A stretch of 64,000 bases of DNA from Planctomycetota bacterium (GTDB lineage: Bacteria; Planctomycetota; UBA1135). Under the pieces are notes generated by a model. The model was not told the origin of the DNA, ran no database searches, and saw nothing but the letters and a program-made list of their open reading frames with translations. Shown here piece after piece: positions 15,351-24,882 of this stretch. Every line of letters begins with the position of its first letter. Position 1 is the first letter of the stretch. The stretch spans positions 93,818 through 157,817 of the forward strand of contig SHNF01000006.1 of assembly GCA_004295085.1 (NCBI GenBank). Reading direction: 5' to 3'. The translations under genes were made by a program, and so were the position numbers.

Positions 15351-17657
15351 TCAGGGCAGCAGCCGCACCGAGACCGAATTGCTCACGAACAGGTGGCCGC
15401 TGTTGGAGGCCAGGAACGCGAACAAGTAGTCGCGGTCCAGGAGTTCGGCCTTGATCTGCGAGCCGGCGGCGATGACCAGCGCGGCGAAGCTGCGGCCGGC
15501 GAAATTGAGGTTGCCGCTGAAGTTCTGCAGCTCCGGAAGTCCGCGCTGCGACAGCACGGTGGCGGCGTCGAAGGCCAGCGGCAGCACGGCGGCGTTGTAG
15601 GCCAGGCCGGGCGTCGGCCCGCTGCCGCCGGCCAGCAGGCTGTAGCGGGCGCCGCCGAAGGGCACGCCCGCTTCCAGGAGGAAGTCCACGCGCCCGCCGG
15701 CAGCGACCGAGATCTGCGTTGCGCTGGCACGCAGCGAGCTGGCGCTGGCGCGGGCGCGCACGACATCGGCCTCGGAGGGCTGGAGGCTGGAATACCACAG
15801 TTCGTCGCCGACCACGGTCGCGGCGACCTCCGAGGTCACCAGCGCGTGCATCACGCCCGGCAGCGGACCGGCGCTCGTGAAGTCGCCTTCCGCCGGCAGC
15901 ACGCCGTAGTGGATGCCCAGCGGCACGCCGGGAGCGCCCAGTGCATAGAGCAGGCGCGTGCCGCCGTCCACCGGAGCGGGGAACTGCTCGTCGTCGGCGC
16001 CGCTGAGATCGGCCAGCTTGACCGGCGGGAACCAGAAGGCCTCGGGGCTGAGGCGCTCGGCCCGCCACAGGTCGAAGCCGCCGTCGCGGGCGCTGTGGAA
16101 GTACAGCGTGAGCTCGTCGGCGCTCAGCCAGGGACCGCCGTCGTTGAGGTCGCTGTTGAGCTCGGCCACCGGCAGCGGGGCATCGAAGCGCAGCGCCGTG
16201 GACGTGCGCTGCGAGCGGTACAGGCGCTCGACGCCGGCGCCGGACTCGGTGCCGCTGAAGACCACGCGCAGCTCGTCGGCGGACACCCACAGGTCGGACC
16301 AGGCGAAGCCCGGAATATCCAGGCCGGGCACGTCCACCGCCGCGCCGAACGGGTCGCCGGCGCTGGCGCGCGTGGCCCGCATCACGCGCACGTGGTCGAG
16401 CCCGCGGTCGCTGAGCAGGTAGGCGGTGAGGCCGTCGGGCAGGAGGAAGGGCTGGCTGTCGCTGCGCCCGGCATTCAGGCCCGGAACCGGCTCGGGATTG
16501 TCGTAGGGGAGCTGGGCCGGAGGCGTGTAGCGCAGCTCCACGGGCGGCCACAGCGTGACCGGACGCACGCCGTCGTCCACGATCACGCGGATGCGGTCCA
16601 CACCCGGGACGGCGCCGGAGTTCAGCTCCACTTCGTAAGTGCCGTCCTGGTTGTCGATGACCTGGTACACGCTCGCCTGGCCCGAGGAGCGCGCGTCGTG
16701 CTGGATGGAGACGGTGGCGCCGCCGCTGCTGAGCGGGGTGGCGTCCACGTCGCTCAAATCCACCTTCAAGGTGACGATCTGTCCGCTGCCCGCAGGCAGC
16801 GCCGGTACGCTGGCCTGCACCTGCGACAGCAGGGCGTCGGGACGGTCGATCTGGCCGGCGCGCCACAGGTCGTAGCGCTGGCGCATCTCCACGATCGGCT
16901 CGGGTCCGCCGGCGCCGCGGTTGGGCAGGTTGATGTCCAGGTAGTAGTCGCCCTGGGCGCAGCCGCGGGTGGCGTCGCAGGGGCCGCGCGCGTCGCCCGG
17001 CCGCGACAGCAGGAAGTAGGCCACGTAGGCCGAGCGCGCCGCCGGCCAGGTGGTGACGCAGCCGCAGCGGTCCGGCTGGATCGTGTCGCAGGAGCAGCGG
17101 CCGTCGCCGCCTTGCGCCGCGGCGGCTTCCATGGCCGCCATCACTTTCTGCGACAGGTCCCCCGGCGTGCTGATCAAGGCCAGCTCCGCGTCCGTGACCA
17201 CGCTGGGGCAGGTCAGGACATTGCCCTGGATCGCGTAGACCAGCGTCCCGACCTGTCCGGTGACGCCGCCCGCCCAGGGACCGTCGTTGGTGCCGGTGAA
17301 GCTGACGGGCCGTCCGGCGAGGTCCACGATCCCATACTGGCGGCTCTGGAACAGCCCGTCCGAGGACAGCAGCACCAGGATCTCCTGCGGATCGTTGCCC
17401 AGCAGCAACTGGTCGTAGATCAGCATGCGGTTGGTGCCGACGCTGTCCACGAAGCTCTGCGCCGCCCCGCCGCCGACCTCCGGGATCAGGACCGGCGTCC
17501 ACACTTTCAGGTTGAAACCGGTCAGGCAGGTGGCCGAGGCGACGCACACCTCGCCGGTGGCCGTGTTCACCACCACGATGGACCAGGTGGCCCAGGCGGG
17601 CGCGACCAGCAGGAGCAGGGCCAGGAGCAGGGCGAGGGGGCGGGAGAAAGCGCGCAT
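15351..17657 (-). CDS. Secreted multidomain protein: N-terminal DUF1028 (Ntn-hydrolase-like), Ig-like and TolB/PD40-like repeats
   Basis: A signal peptide, then ATWSIVVVNTATGEVCVASATC (the DUF1028 T-x-S-I-V start). An Ig-like segment (GGATVSIQHD...TYEVELNSG) follows. Repeated ...ELWVSADELRVVFS... and ...PWLSADELTLYFHS... motifs resemble PD40 repeats. Confidence 0.6.
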   Translation of the reverse strand: MRAFSRPLALLLALLLLVAPAWATWSIVVVNTATGEVCVASATCLTGFNLKVWTPVLIPEVGGGAAQSFVDSVGTNRMLIYDQLLLGNDPQEILVLLSSDGLFQSRQYGIVDLAGRPVSFTGTNDGPWAGGVTGQVGTLVYAIQGNVLTCPSVVTDAELALISTPGDLSQKVMAAMEAAAAQGGDGRCSCDTIQPDRCGCVTTWPAARSAYVAYFLLSRPGDARGPCDATRGCAQGDYYLDINLPNRGAGGPEPIVEMRQRYDLWRAGQIDRPDALLSQVQASVPALPAGSGQIVTLKVDLSDVDATPLSSGGATVSIQHDARSSGQASVYQVIDNQDGTYEVELNSGAVPGVDRIRVIVDDGVRPVTLWPPVELRYTPPAQLPYDNPEPVPGLNAGRSDSQPFLLPDGLTAYLLSDRGLDHVRVMRATRASAGDPFGAAVDVPGLDIPGFAWSDLWVSADELRVVFSGTESGAGVERLYRSQRTSTALRFDAPLPVAELNSDLNDGGPWLSADELTLYFHSARDGGFDLWRAERLSPEAFWFPPVKLADLSGADDEQFPAPVDGGTRLLYALGAPGVPLGIHYGVLPAEGDFTSAGPLPGVMHALVTSEVAATVVGDELWYSSLQPSEADVVRARASASSLRASATQISVAAGGRVDFLLEAGVPFGGARYSLLAGGSGPTPGLAYNAAVLPLAFDAATVLSQRGLPELQNFSGNLNFAGRSFAALVIAAGSQIKAELLDRDYLFAFLASNSGHLFVSNSVSVRLLP

Positions 17658-17747
17658 GGAGGGTCAAGGGTACAGTGGATCCACCAGAGTATGCCCGGCC
17701 GCAAGAACCGGGTGGCCGCGCTGCGGCCCGCGCCTTAGCGTGCCGGC

Positions 17748-18680
17748 ATGATGCTCGCCACGACCGCTTGTCCTCTACCCGCCCGGCCCGCGCTGCCCGG
17801 CGCGGACTATGCGCGTGTGGAGCGCGCGCTGCGCTTCCTCGTGCGCGAGGCCGCGCGCCGGCCCAGCCTGGTGCAGGCGGCGCAGGCCGCCGGCCTGAGC
17901 GAGTTCCACTTCCAGAGGCTGTTCCGGCGCTGGGCCGGAGTGACGCCCAAGCAGTTCCTGCAGTTCCTCGGCGCCGCGCACGCCCGTCGCTGCCTGGAGC
18001 AATCGCGCAGCGTGCTGGACGCGACCTTCGCCGCCGGGCTCTCCAGTCCGGGCCGCCTGCACGACCTGATGATCCACGTGGACGCCGTCAGCCCCGGGGA
18101 ATTCCGCAGCGGCGGCGTCGGCCTGCGCATCCGCCACGGCGTGCACGCCACGCCGTTCGGCCAGTGCCTGCTCGCCCTCACGGAGCGCGGGCTGTGCTCC
18201 CTGGAGTTTGTGCCGGAAGGCGGCGCCGCCGCGGCGCTGCAGGACCTGGCGGCGCGCTGGCCCCGGGCCGCTCTGGAGCACGATCCCGGCCGCACCGCGC
18301 CGGTCGCGGCGCGTATCTTCCATCCCGAGGGTCCGCGCGGGCCGTTCTCGCTGCTGCTGCGCGGCACCAACTTCCAGATCAAGGTGTGGGAGGCGCTGCT
18401 GCGCGTCCCGCCCGGCCGCCTGATCAGCTACGGCGATCTGGCCCGGCGCCTGGGCGCTCCGGGCGCGGCGCGCGCGGTCGGCCAGGCGGTGGGAGGCAAC
18501 CCCATCGCGTACCTCATCCCCTGTCACCGCGTCATCCGCAGCCTGGGCATGTTCGGCGACTATCGCGGCGGCGCGCTGCGCAAGCGCGCCATCCTCGGCT
18601 GGGAGGCGGCGCGTGGCCCGGCCACGGTCCCTACAGACAGCGCAGGAAGGACACCAGATCCTGCTTCTCCGCCGTGCTGA
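17748..18680 (+). CDS. Ada-like bifunctional regulator: AraC-type HTH plus O6-methylguanine-DNA methyltransferase
   Basis: AGLSEFHFQRLFRRWAGVTPKQFLQ (AraC HTH). The C-terminal part reads TNFQIKVWEALLRVPPGRLISYGDLA...NPIAYLIPCHRVI, with the PCHR active site. Confidence 0.85.
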   Translation: MMLATTACPLPARPALPGADYARVERALRFLVREAARRPSLVQAAQAAGLSEFHFQRLFRRWAGVTPKQFLQFLGAAHARRCLEQSRSVLDATFAAGLSSPGRLHDLMIHVDAVSPGEFRSGGVGLRIRHGVHATPFGQCLLALTERGLCSLEFVPEGGAAAALQDLAARWPRAALEHDPGRTAPVAARIFHPEGPRGPFSLLLRGTNFQIKVWEALLRVPPGRLISYGDLARRLGAPGAARAVGQAVGGNPIAYLIPCHRVIRSLGMFGDYRGGALRKRAILGWEAARGPATVPTDSAGRTPDPASPPC

Positions 18681-20052
18681 GGCGGGTCTGCAGCACCAGG
18701 TTGAAGAACTCGACGGTGTCCTCCAGGGTCAGCAGGCGCCCGTCGTGCAGGTACGGCGGCGAGTCCTTGATGCCGCGCAGCGGGAAGGTCTTGATCGGCC
18801 CATCGGCCGCCGCCATGCGGCCGTTCACCAACTGGGGCTCGAAGAAGCGCTCCGTGCGCAGGTTGTGCATCAGGTTGTCCGTGTAGTACGGGGCCGGGTG
18901 GCAGCTCGAGCACTGCGCCTTGCCGAAGAACAGCGCCTCGCCGCGCCGCTCCGACTCGCTGGACTTGGCCGGATCCAGCCGGCCCATCACGTTCAGCTTG
19001 GGCGCCGGCGGGAAGTCGAGCAGCTCCTGGAACTCGGCCATGGCGTGCACCTGGCTGCCGCGCTCCAGCGGGCTGATGCCCTTCTTGGCCGCCAGCACCG
19101 GATCGCCGTCGAAGTAGGCCGCGCGCTGCTCGAACTCGGTGAAGTCCTCCACGCTCTTGAGCGCCCGCTGCGAGCCGAACAGGCGCTGGATGTTGACGCC
19201 GCGCAGCGAGGGCGTGTCGATGCGATGGCGGAACTCCTGCGGCCGGATGTCGCCCACCAGGTGGGTGGAGGCGTTGGTGTGGCCGTTGGCGTGGCAGTCG
19301 AAGCACGTGACGCCGGTGCTCGGCTTCTCCGAGCGTCGGTCGGCGGTGGCGTTGAACTGCTGCTGGGGGAAGGGCGTGAGCAGCAGGCGCAGGCCGTCCA
19401 GCTGCTTCGGATTGAGGACGCCGTTGAACAGCTCGTAGAAGTTGGCCAGAGTCACGAGCTGGCCCTTGGACGCGTCGCCCAGGTCCGGCCGCGTGGTCAG
19501 GAAGATGGGCGGCGGGAACTCGGGCAGCAGGTGGTCGGGCAGGTCGAACGACAGGTCGAAGCGGTTCAGGTCACGGTTGTCCTGGGCCGCGACGCGGTCG
19601 ATGTGGAACTGCGGGAACAGCATCCCGCCTTCGGCGTGGTTGGGGTGCGGCAACGGCAGGAAACCGGCCGGCCAGCCGCCGCGCGAGCGCAGCTCCTCGG
19701 GGGCGGCCGCAGCCAGCGCGTCCCAGGTCACCCCGGACTTGAGCCGCACGCGCACTCCGCCCTGCACCGGCTTGCCGCGCGCCATGGTGACGCCCTCCGC
19801 GGGCTGATCGCGCAGGTCGTAGCGCTCCTCCAGGAGCTTGCGGTGGCGCTGCTCCACCGCGGCGCGCTCCGCCTTCATCTGGTCGCGCTTGGCGGCGAAG
19901 TCCGGCTCGATGCTGGGGCTGAAGCTGGAAGGGGGAGCAGGTTCCTGGGGCTGCGACGCGCCCGCGGGCTGGTCCGAGGGTGAAACGGCCAGGCAGGCCA
20001 GGGTCAGGAAGCCCGCGGCTGCGGGCGACGCAACGGTGCGAAGGAGCCTCAT
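18631..20052 (-). CDS. Di-haem cytochrome c peroxidase family protein
   Basis: Two CxxCH motifs (CFDCH, CSSCH) and the C-terminal GIKDSPPYLHDGRLLTLEDTVEFF signature. Signal peptide from MRLLRTV. Convergent 50-nt overlap with the ada-like gene. Confidence 0.8.
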   Translation of the reverse strand: MRLLRTVASPAAAGFLTLACLAVSPSDQPAGASQPQEPAPPSSFSPSIEPDFAAKRDQMKAERAAVEQRHRKLLEERYDLRDQPAEGVTMARGKPVQGGVRVRLKSGVTWDALAAAAPEELRSRGGWPAGFLPLPHPNHAEGGMLFPQFHIDRVAAQDNRDLNRFDLSFDLPDHLLPEFPPPIFLTTRPDLGDASKGQLVTLANFYELFNGVLNPKQLDGLRLLLTPFPQQQFNATADRRSEKPSTGVTCFDCHANGHTNASTHLVGDIRPQEFRHRIDTPSLRGVNIQRLFGSQRALKSVEDFTEFEQRAAYFDGDPVLAAKKGISPLERGSQVHAMAEFQELLDFPPAPKLNVMGRLDPAKSSESERRGEALFFGKAQCSSCHPAPYYTDNLMHNLRTERFFEPQLVNGRMAAADGPIKTFPLRGIKDSPPYLHDGRLLTLEDTVEFFNLVLQTRLSTAEKQDLVSFLRCL

Positions 20053-20239
20053 GGCGTTCTCTCTCGGTGCGGGAAACCTCAGGGACGGCCCAGGCAAGGC
20101 CCAGGGATGGCCGGAGACAGATTGTTTTTGCCTCGCGGCTGCGACAAGTCTAGCCAGTCCGGACTATGGCCTTCATAGGCTCCGCTGATCACCCGGCGGC
20201 GGGCCCGGTTAGGATCAGCCGCGGCCGCAGCCACGTCCC

Positions 20240-21232
20240 ATGGCGGAATCCCGCAAGAAAGCAGCCAAGGCCCGCGCCCCGCGCCGGAAGCGCAAGGCCG
20301 CCGAGCCGGGATCGAAAGGCCTGGCGGCGTCCGAGCTCGCTGCCGGGGAGCGGCCCCGGGCGTTGTCCGAGCTGGCCCGACAAGTCGAGGAGGACGGAGG
20401 GAGCGTGCTGGGGGCCTTCCGCGAGCCCTTGGGCGGCCACTGGCAGCTGCTCGCAGGCCTGCCGATCGACAAGGTGTCTCCCACTCCGTACCAGCGCGAC
20501 CTGTCGCCGGCGCACATGGAGCGCCTGCAGAAGGCCATCGGGGGCCTGGAGCGCTTCCTCGACCCCATCATCGCCGTGCGCGGCCCCGACGGCGGGTACT
20601 GGACGCCGAACGGCAGCCACCGCACCGCTGCCATGAAGGCCCTGGGCGCGAAGTCCATCGTGGCGCTGCTGGTCACCGAGCCCGAGGTGTCCTTCCGCAT
20701 CCTGGCCCTCAACACGGAGAAGGCCCACAACCTGCGCGAGAAATCGCTCGAGGTCCTGCGCCTGGCCCAGGCGCTGGCGGAGCTGGACCCGCGCGCGGAG
20801 CAGGACTTCAGCCTGGAGTTCGAGGAGCCTTCCCTCCTCACCCTGGGCCTGTGCTACGAGCACAACGGCCGCTTCTCCGGCGGCGCCTACCACCCGGTCC
20901 TGAAGCGCACCGAAACCTTCCTGGAACAGAAGCTGCCGGCGGCGCTGGAACGGCGCCGCAAGCGCGCCGCGCTGCTGCAGGAACTGGACGAGGCCGTGGT
21001 CGCGGCGGTGAACGCGCTCAAGGAGCGCGGCTTCCAGAGCCCGTACCTCAAGGCCTTCGTGGTGGCCCGCATCAACCCGCTGCGCTTCGTGAAGCCGATC
21101 CGCGGCAAGGAAGCCAGGAAGCCCGACCCGGATGAGACGCTGGAGAAGATGCTGGCCGCGGCGCGCAAGTTCGACGCGGCCAAAGTGAAGGCCGGCCAGG
21201 TGGCCGCGGCCTCGGGTCCGCCGGAAGAGTGA
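20240..21232 (+). CDS. ParB/Srx N-terminal-domain protein (orphan, no parA)
   Basis: Basic N-terminal tail, then LLAGLPIDKVSPTPYQRDLSPAHMERL...DGGYWTPNGSHRTAAMKALG (ParB-like GxxR box). The C-terminal half is helical. Confidence 0.6.
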   Translation: MAESRKKAAKARAPRRKRKAAEPGSKGLAASELAAGERPRALSELARQVEEDGGSVLGAFREPLGGHWQLLAGLPIDKVSPTPYQRDLSPAHMERLQKAIGGLERFLDPIIAVRGPDGGYWTPNGSHRTAAMKALGAKSIVALLVTEPEVSFRILALNTEKAHNLREKSLEVLRLAQALAELDPRAEQDFSLEFEEPSLLTLGLCYEHNGRFSGGAYHPVLKRTETFLEQKLPAALERRRKRAALLQELDEAVVAAVNALKERGFQSPYLKAFVVARINPLRFVKPIRGKEARKPDPDETLEKMLAAARKFDAAKVKAGQVAAASGPPEE

Positions 21233-21240
21233 ACGCCAGC

Positions 21241-21434
21241 CCGGGATACTGGCCCCCTTCCGTGGGCCATCTCTGCAGATTCACGCACACATGGCTTTGT
21301 CTCAAAAGGCTTTGTCTATTGCAATTTTGTAAGAATCGGCAACCGGTCGGGCCCGGAGCCGGACGCGCGCGCAACCTCTCGGGTGACAAGGTCTTGAGCG
21401 CGGCGTGACCCACCCAAGGGGGCCAGTATCCCAG
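21241..21434. repeat. Inverted-repeat-bounded AT-rich element (MITE-like, structured RNA or protein-binding site)
   Basis: Perfect 17-bp arms GGGATACTGGCCCCCTT (21243-21259) and AAGGGGGCCAGTATCCC (21416-21432), extendable to about 26 bp with mismatches. The core contains a tandem GGCTTTGTCT (21293-21302, 21308-21317). Confidence 0.6.
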
Positions 21435-21479
21435 CCCGGCCCGCGCCCGCGGCGCCGCGGGCGCAGGCCGGCAGATGCG

Positions 21480-22850
21480 TCACATGATGGTGAACTGGAC
21501 TCCGTCGGAGGAGGCCAGGCCGCCGGGTTCCTGGTGCACGGTCTGCACGTAGAACTTGCGCCCGAGGTACGCGCTCTTGACCGGTAGCGCCAGCGGAATG
21601 ACTCCCGAGCGCGGAATCGGCTCGCGGCGCAGGATCTGGCCCGGATCGATGAGCAAGGTGATGCCCTGGTACGGCATGTTCGCCGGCCGCTCGCTCACGG
21701 CGTATTCGCCCGGCGCGCCGCCGGGGGAGCCGCTGATGGTCAGGCTGAACGCCTGATTGCCGAGCGTGGGCAGGCCGCCGGCATTGGGCTCGAGCTGCCA
21801 CGCGTACGTGTTCACGCCCGGCGTATCGATGCCGTAAGTCTTCGGGTTGGGATTCACGGCGATGCCGGCGAGCACTCCCCAGCCGGACGGCGGGCCTCCG
21901 GTCAAGGGACTGGCGGTGCCGCCGGGCTTGATCAGCCAGCAGCCGCTGCCGGCGCCGGCCGCCAGGTTACCGGTCACGGTTTCCATGGCCAGGGCGTTGA
22001 CCCCGGAGCCGGTGTTGTTCGGAATGGTGGTGGAGCTGCCCAGATCGAAGGGATTGCTCGGGTTCACCGGGAAGGCGTACAGGTCCGTGGTCGAGTTGCA
22101 GCCGGCGATCAGGCGGCTGTTGGCGTTGTCGTAGGCCAGGTTGAGCACTCCGCTCGGAAGGGTGCCCTCCCACACGCCGACGCCGCCGGCGGGCAGCGGA
22201 ACGGTGTGGATGCGCGCGTAGACGCCGGTCCAGTGGAAGCCCACGTAGGCCACGGTGCCGCTGGGGTGCACGGCCAGGGCATTGGTCGTCACGATCGCGG
22301 ACGGCAGGCCGGTGACCGGCACCGGTGTGACCACGCCGGTGGTCAGGTTCACGAGGCCGAGCGTCTCGTTGGCGAGGGGGCCGGCCTCCACTTCCTCGAC
22401 CGCGACCAGGACGTCGCCGTTGGGCAGGAGCGCGGCCTGTCCGACCTGGCACCAGCCCGTGGTGTTGGTGCCGAGGTTGTATTTGACGTCCTGCATGACG
22501 GCGGCGCCGGACAGGTGGATCAGGTGCAGGTCCAGGTCGTCGGGAGCGAGGTTGGTGGTCTCGCCCACGAGCAGCGCGCCGTCAGAGGGGCGCAGCAGCA
22601 CCGCGCTGGCGCCGACGCCACCGCTGCTGCCGGCTCCGGTGAGGTCCGGCCCCAGGCCCGTCACCACGGTGACGCTGGTCGGGGTACGCGGGTGGAAGTA
22701 GAAGAGCCCGCCGTCGCCGGTGTAGCCGGTGGGCACGTCCTTGAAATTGGAGGTGACGTACCAGCCGTCGGGCACCTGCGCCGCGAGCGCGGGAACAGGC
22801 AGCAAGACGCACGCCAGCACGGTCACGCTAGCGAGGACCGTCAAACGCAT
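21480..22850 (-). CDS. Secreted hypothetical protein (beta-rich)
   Basis: Strong AAGGAGGAAAACC Shine-Dalgarno before the ATG and signal peptide MRLTVLASVTVLACVLLPVPALA. Gly/Thr/Asn-rich beta-type composition; function not recognised. Confidence 0.6.
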   Translation of the reverse strand: MRLTVLASVTVLACVLLPVPALAAQVPDGWYVTSNFKDVPTGYTGDGGLFYFHPRTPTSVTVVTGLGPDLTGAGSSGGVGASAVLLRPSDGALLVGETTNLAPDDLDLHLIHLSGAAVMQDVKYNLGTNTTGWCQVGQAALLPNGDVLVAVEEVEAGPLANETLGLVNLTTGVVTPVPVTGLPSAIVTTNALAVHPSGTVAYVGFHWTGVYARIHTVPLPAGGVGVWEGTLPSGVLNLAYDNANSRLIAGCNSTTDLYAFPVNPSNPFDLGSSTTIPNNTGSGVNALAMETVTGNLAAGAGSGCWLIKPGGTASPLTGGPPSGWGVLAGIAVNPNPKTYGIDTPGVNTYAWQLEPNAGGLPTLGNQAFSLTISGSPGGAPGEYAVSERPANMPYQGITLLIDPGQILRREPIPRSGVIPLALPVKSAYLGRKFYVQTVHQEPGGLASSDGVQFTIM

Positions 22851-22953
22851 GGTTTTCCTCCTTTCGGGGAGCGCAGGCGGCGTCCGCAACGCGGTCCCGG
22901 CGCCGCTCCCGGGTCCGGCCATGCTAAACCTCAGGTCAAGCCGGGACGGGAGG

Positions 22954-23424
22954 TCAGCGGCAGACGACCCAGTCGCCGCGGAACTGGCCGGGCACGTCGG
23001 GATTGCTGTATGGGTCGCGGAACGCGCCGTTCAACTTCCCGGTCGGCGTCCGGCTGCCGTAGGGATAAAGGAGGGCTGTGAACGATCCCTGCCGCGCCAG
23101 GAAGTTGCCGCGGTAGTTTCCGTACACCAGGTAATCCGGCGTCGTGCCGACGCCGTCGTCGAGCGTGCCTTGGATGGTGCCCTCGATGCAGCTCAGGCAT
23201 GGCGACACCACGTCGGTGAGAGTGGCCCGCAACGCGAACACGGAATTGCCGTTGGCGTCGAACAGCCGGCCGTCGATGAAGCCGTCCGATGCCAGCGGGT
23301 GGGGCAGGTTCCAGGCCCCGTTCATGGCGCCGCGCGCGCACGGGCGCGCGGAGGAGCGCGCGGCGTCCGCCGGCAGCCCGAGAGCGAGGCAGGAGCACAG
23401 CAGCAGTACGAGGCGTTGCAACAT
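22954..23424 (-). CDS. Small secreted hypothetical protein
   Basis: Signal peptide MLQRLVLLLCSCLALGLPADA with GGAGGA upstream. Ordinary composition. Confidence 0.5.
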   Translation of the reverse strand: MLQRLVLLLCSCLALGLPADAARSSARPCARGAMNGAWNLPHPLASDGFIDGRLFDANGNSVFALRATLTDVVSPCLSCIEGTIQGTLDDGVGTTPDYLVYGNYRGNFLARQGSFTALLYPYGSRTPTGKLNGAFRDPYSNPDVPGQFRGDWVVCR

Positions 23425-23439
23425 GGGAATCCTCCGGAG

Positions 23440-23919
23440 TCATTTGCGCGCCATGCGGCGCAGCGGCTGGAGCGGGAACAGCGCCAGCAGATGCATCTGT
23501 CCGGGTACGGGGTCGCCGCTCAGCCAGGCCAGCCCCCCCTTGTCGATCGGGATGGCCTCGCCGTGGCCCTTGTCGCCGGCCGTCAGCCACGCGCACAGCT
23601 CGCCCAGCCACGGCTGATGGCCGACGAGGGCCACGCGCGCGCCGGACAGGCCGGCCAGCAGGCCGTCGGAAGGCGCCTCCGCCAGGCGCGGGTCCACGAC
23701 GGTCTGGCCGTCGAGCAGCGGCGCCAGGAGCTCGGCGGTCTGCACCGACCGCAGCAGCGGGCTGTGGCGGATGACGTCGAAGCGGACGTCCAGGCGCCGC
23801 AGTCCGCGCACCGCGGCCTTGAAGCGCTTGCGGCCCTTGCGCGTCAGGGCCCGGTCCGCGTCGGGTTGCTCCGGCGATGCGTCTTCGGCCGCGGCGTGGC
23901 GGATCAGGAACAGTTCCAT
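23440..23919 (-). CDS. sixA: Phosphohistidine phosphatase SixA
   Basis: MELFLIRHAAAE (RHG-type histidine phosphatase motif), ...RALTRKGRK..., ...VALVGHQPWL. About 159 aa, as for SixA. Confidence 0.8.
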   Translation of the reverse strand: MELFLIRHAAAEDASPEQPDADRALTRKGRKRFKAAVRGLRRLDVRFDVIRHSPLLRSVQTAELLAPLLDGQTVVDPRLAEAPSDGLLAGLSGARVALVGHQPWLGELCAWLTAGDKGHGEAIPIDKGGLAWLSGDPVPGQMHLLALFPLQPLRRMARK

Positions 23920-24776
23920 GCGTGCACCGACTCTTCCAGGAACGGAACGGTGTGCGTCCAGGCGCGCAATGCCGCGGCGCGGCGCCGCTCCAGCTCCTGC
24001 GCCAGCGCCTGCTCGTACGCGGCCAGCGCCGCCGCCTCCGGGCAGGAGCGCAGCAGGCGCACGGCCACGGCGGTGTCGTTGAAGTCGCCCATCGCCTCCT
24101 GCAGCTTCTTCAGCTCGCGGGGCCGCTTGCCCAGCCATTCCAGCGCGTAGCGCAGGCGGCGCAGCGCGCGGCGCAGGCCGTGCATGGCCTCCACTGCGTC
24201 GCGCTGGCGCAGGGCGCGCCGGCCGCGCCGCAGCACGCGGGCGCCGATGCGCGGCAGGAACGCCGCCGCGCTTGCCCTTGGCAGAGGTGGAAGGCCGGCC
24301 AGAGCCGCCAGCAGCCCGTCCAGGCGCGGCTCCTCCAGGGATGCCACGAGCCGGCGGCGCTCCTCGCCGTAGTGCTGCAGCAGCCACACCATGAACGGCT
24401 CCGGCGGCCCGCTCAGCAGCAGCACGTCGAGATCGCGCACCGCCGCCGCCTGCCGGCGCAGCCAGCGCAGGTCATCACGCAGGACGTGCATCCGGCCCAT
24501 CTGCAGCCACACGTCCAGGCGGCCGGCGGCGACCCGGACCTGATGCACTCCTTCCGGATCCTCCCCGCTGCGCGCCACGGCCAGGTGTGCGTGCAGGTGC
24601 TCGAGCCATGGCCGGCACGGAAGGCTGTCTCCGCGCCGGCGCGCGGTCGTCTTGGCGGCGGCGGGCGTCCTGGCGGGAGGAGCCGGAGCGGCGCGCGGCG
24701 GCGGCGCGGCGCCGGGTTCCGCGCGCGGGTGCAATAGCAAGGGCGTATCCATCGCGGACTCGGGTTTGGCAGCCAT
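23904..24776 (-). CDS. CHAD-domain protein
   Basis: VHQVRVAAGRLDVWL...LRRQAAAVRDLDVL...MHGLRRALRRLRYALEWL...LQEAMGDFND shows the repeated CHAD helices. 16-nt overlap with sixA. The start could be 24776 or 24752. Confidence 0.7.
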   Translation of the reverse strand: MAAKPESAMDTPLLLHPRAEPGAAPPPRAAPAPPARTPAAAKTTARRRGDSLPCRPWLEHLHAHLAVARSGEDPEGVHQVRVAAGRLDVWLQMGRMHVLRDDLRWLRRQAAAVRDLDVLLLSGPPEPFMVWLLQHYGEERRRLVASLEEPRLDGLLAALAGLPPLPRASAAAFLPRIGARVLRRGRRALRQRDAVEAMHGLRRALRRLRYALEWLGKRPRELKKLQEAMGDFNDTAVAVRLLRSCPEAAALAAYEQALAQELERRRAAALRAWTHTVPFLEESVHAWNCS

Positions 24777-24882
24777 TGTAGGGGGTTGTGGCCGCGAGCC
24801 AGGGCGCTGCAGGCAGCCATATGAAGATTGTGTGAAAGGCGCGCCCCCCGCGGGCCGCGCGGGGCGCGGATATCTTGCGTCG

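Noticed and set aside
12463-17667. 1734-aa minus-strand ORF, the longest in the track
   Set aside because: Its composition is overwhelmingly Arg/Pro/Ala/Gly with no motifs. It spans several opposite- and same-strand genes that carry clear motifs (Tat protein, dioxygenase, DUF1028 protein). This is a typical shadow ORF of high-GC DNA.
20164-20218. Small palindromes (CTATG-N5-CATAG and GCTGATC...GATCAGC) just upstream of the ParB-like start
   Set aside because: The arms are only 5-7 bp, which is not distinguishable from chance, and they do not resemble a parS site.
21241-21434. Tested whether the IR-bounded element could be a 6S RNA-like extended hairpin
   Set aside because: Beyond the terminal arms, I could pair only short patches by hand (for example CACGC/GCGTG), and these leave a strongly asymmetric bulge. 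The usual ygfA-type genomic context is also absent. The element is kept as an unexplained finding, but the 6S call is rejected.
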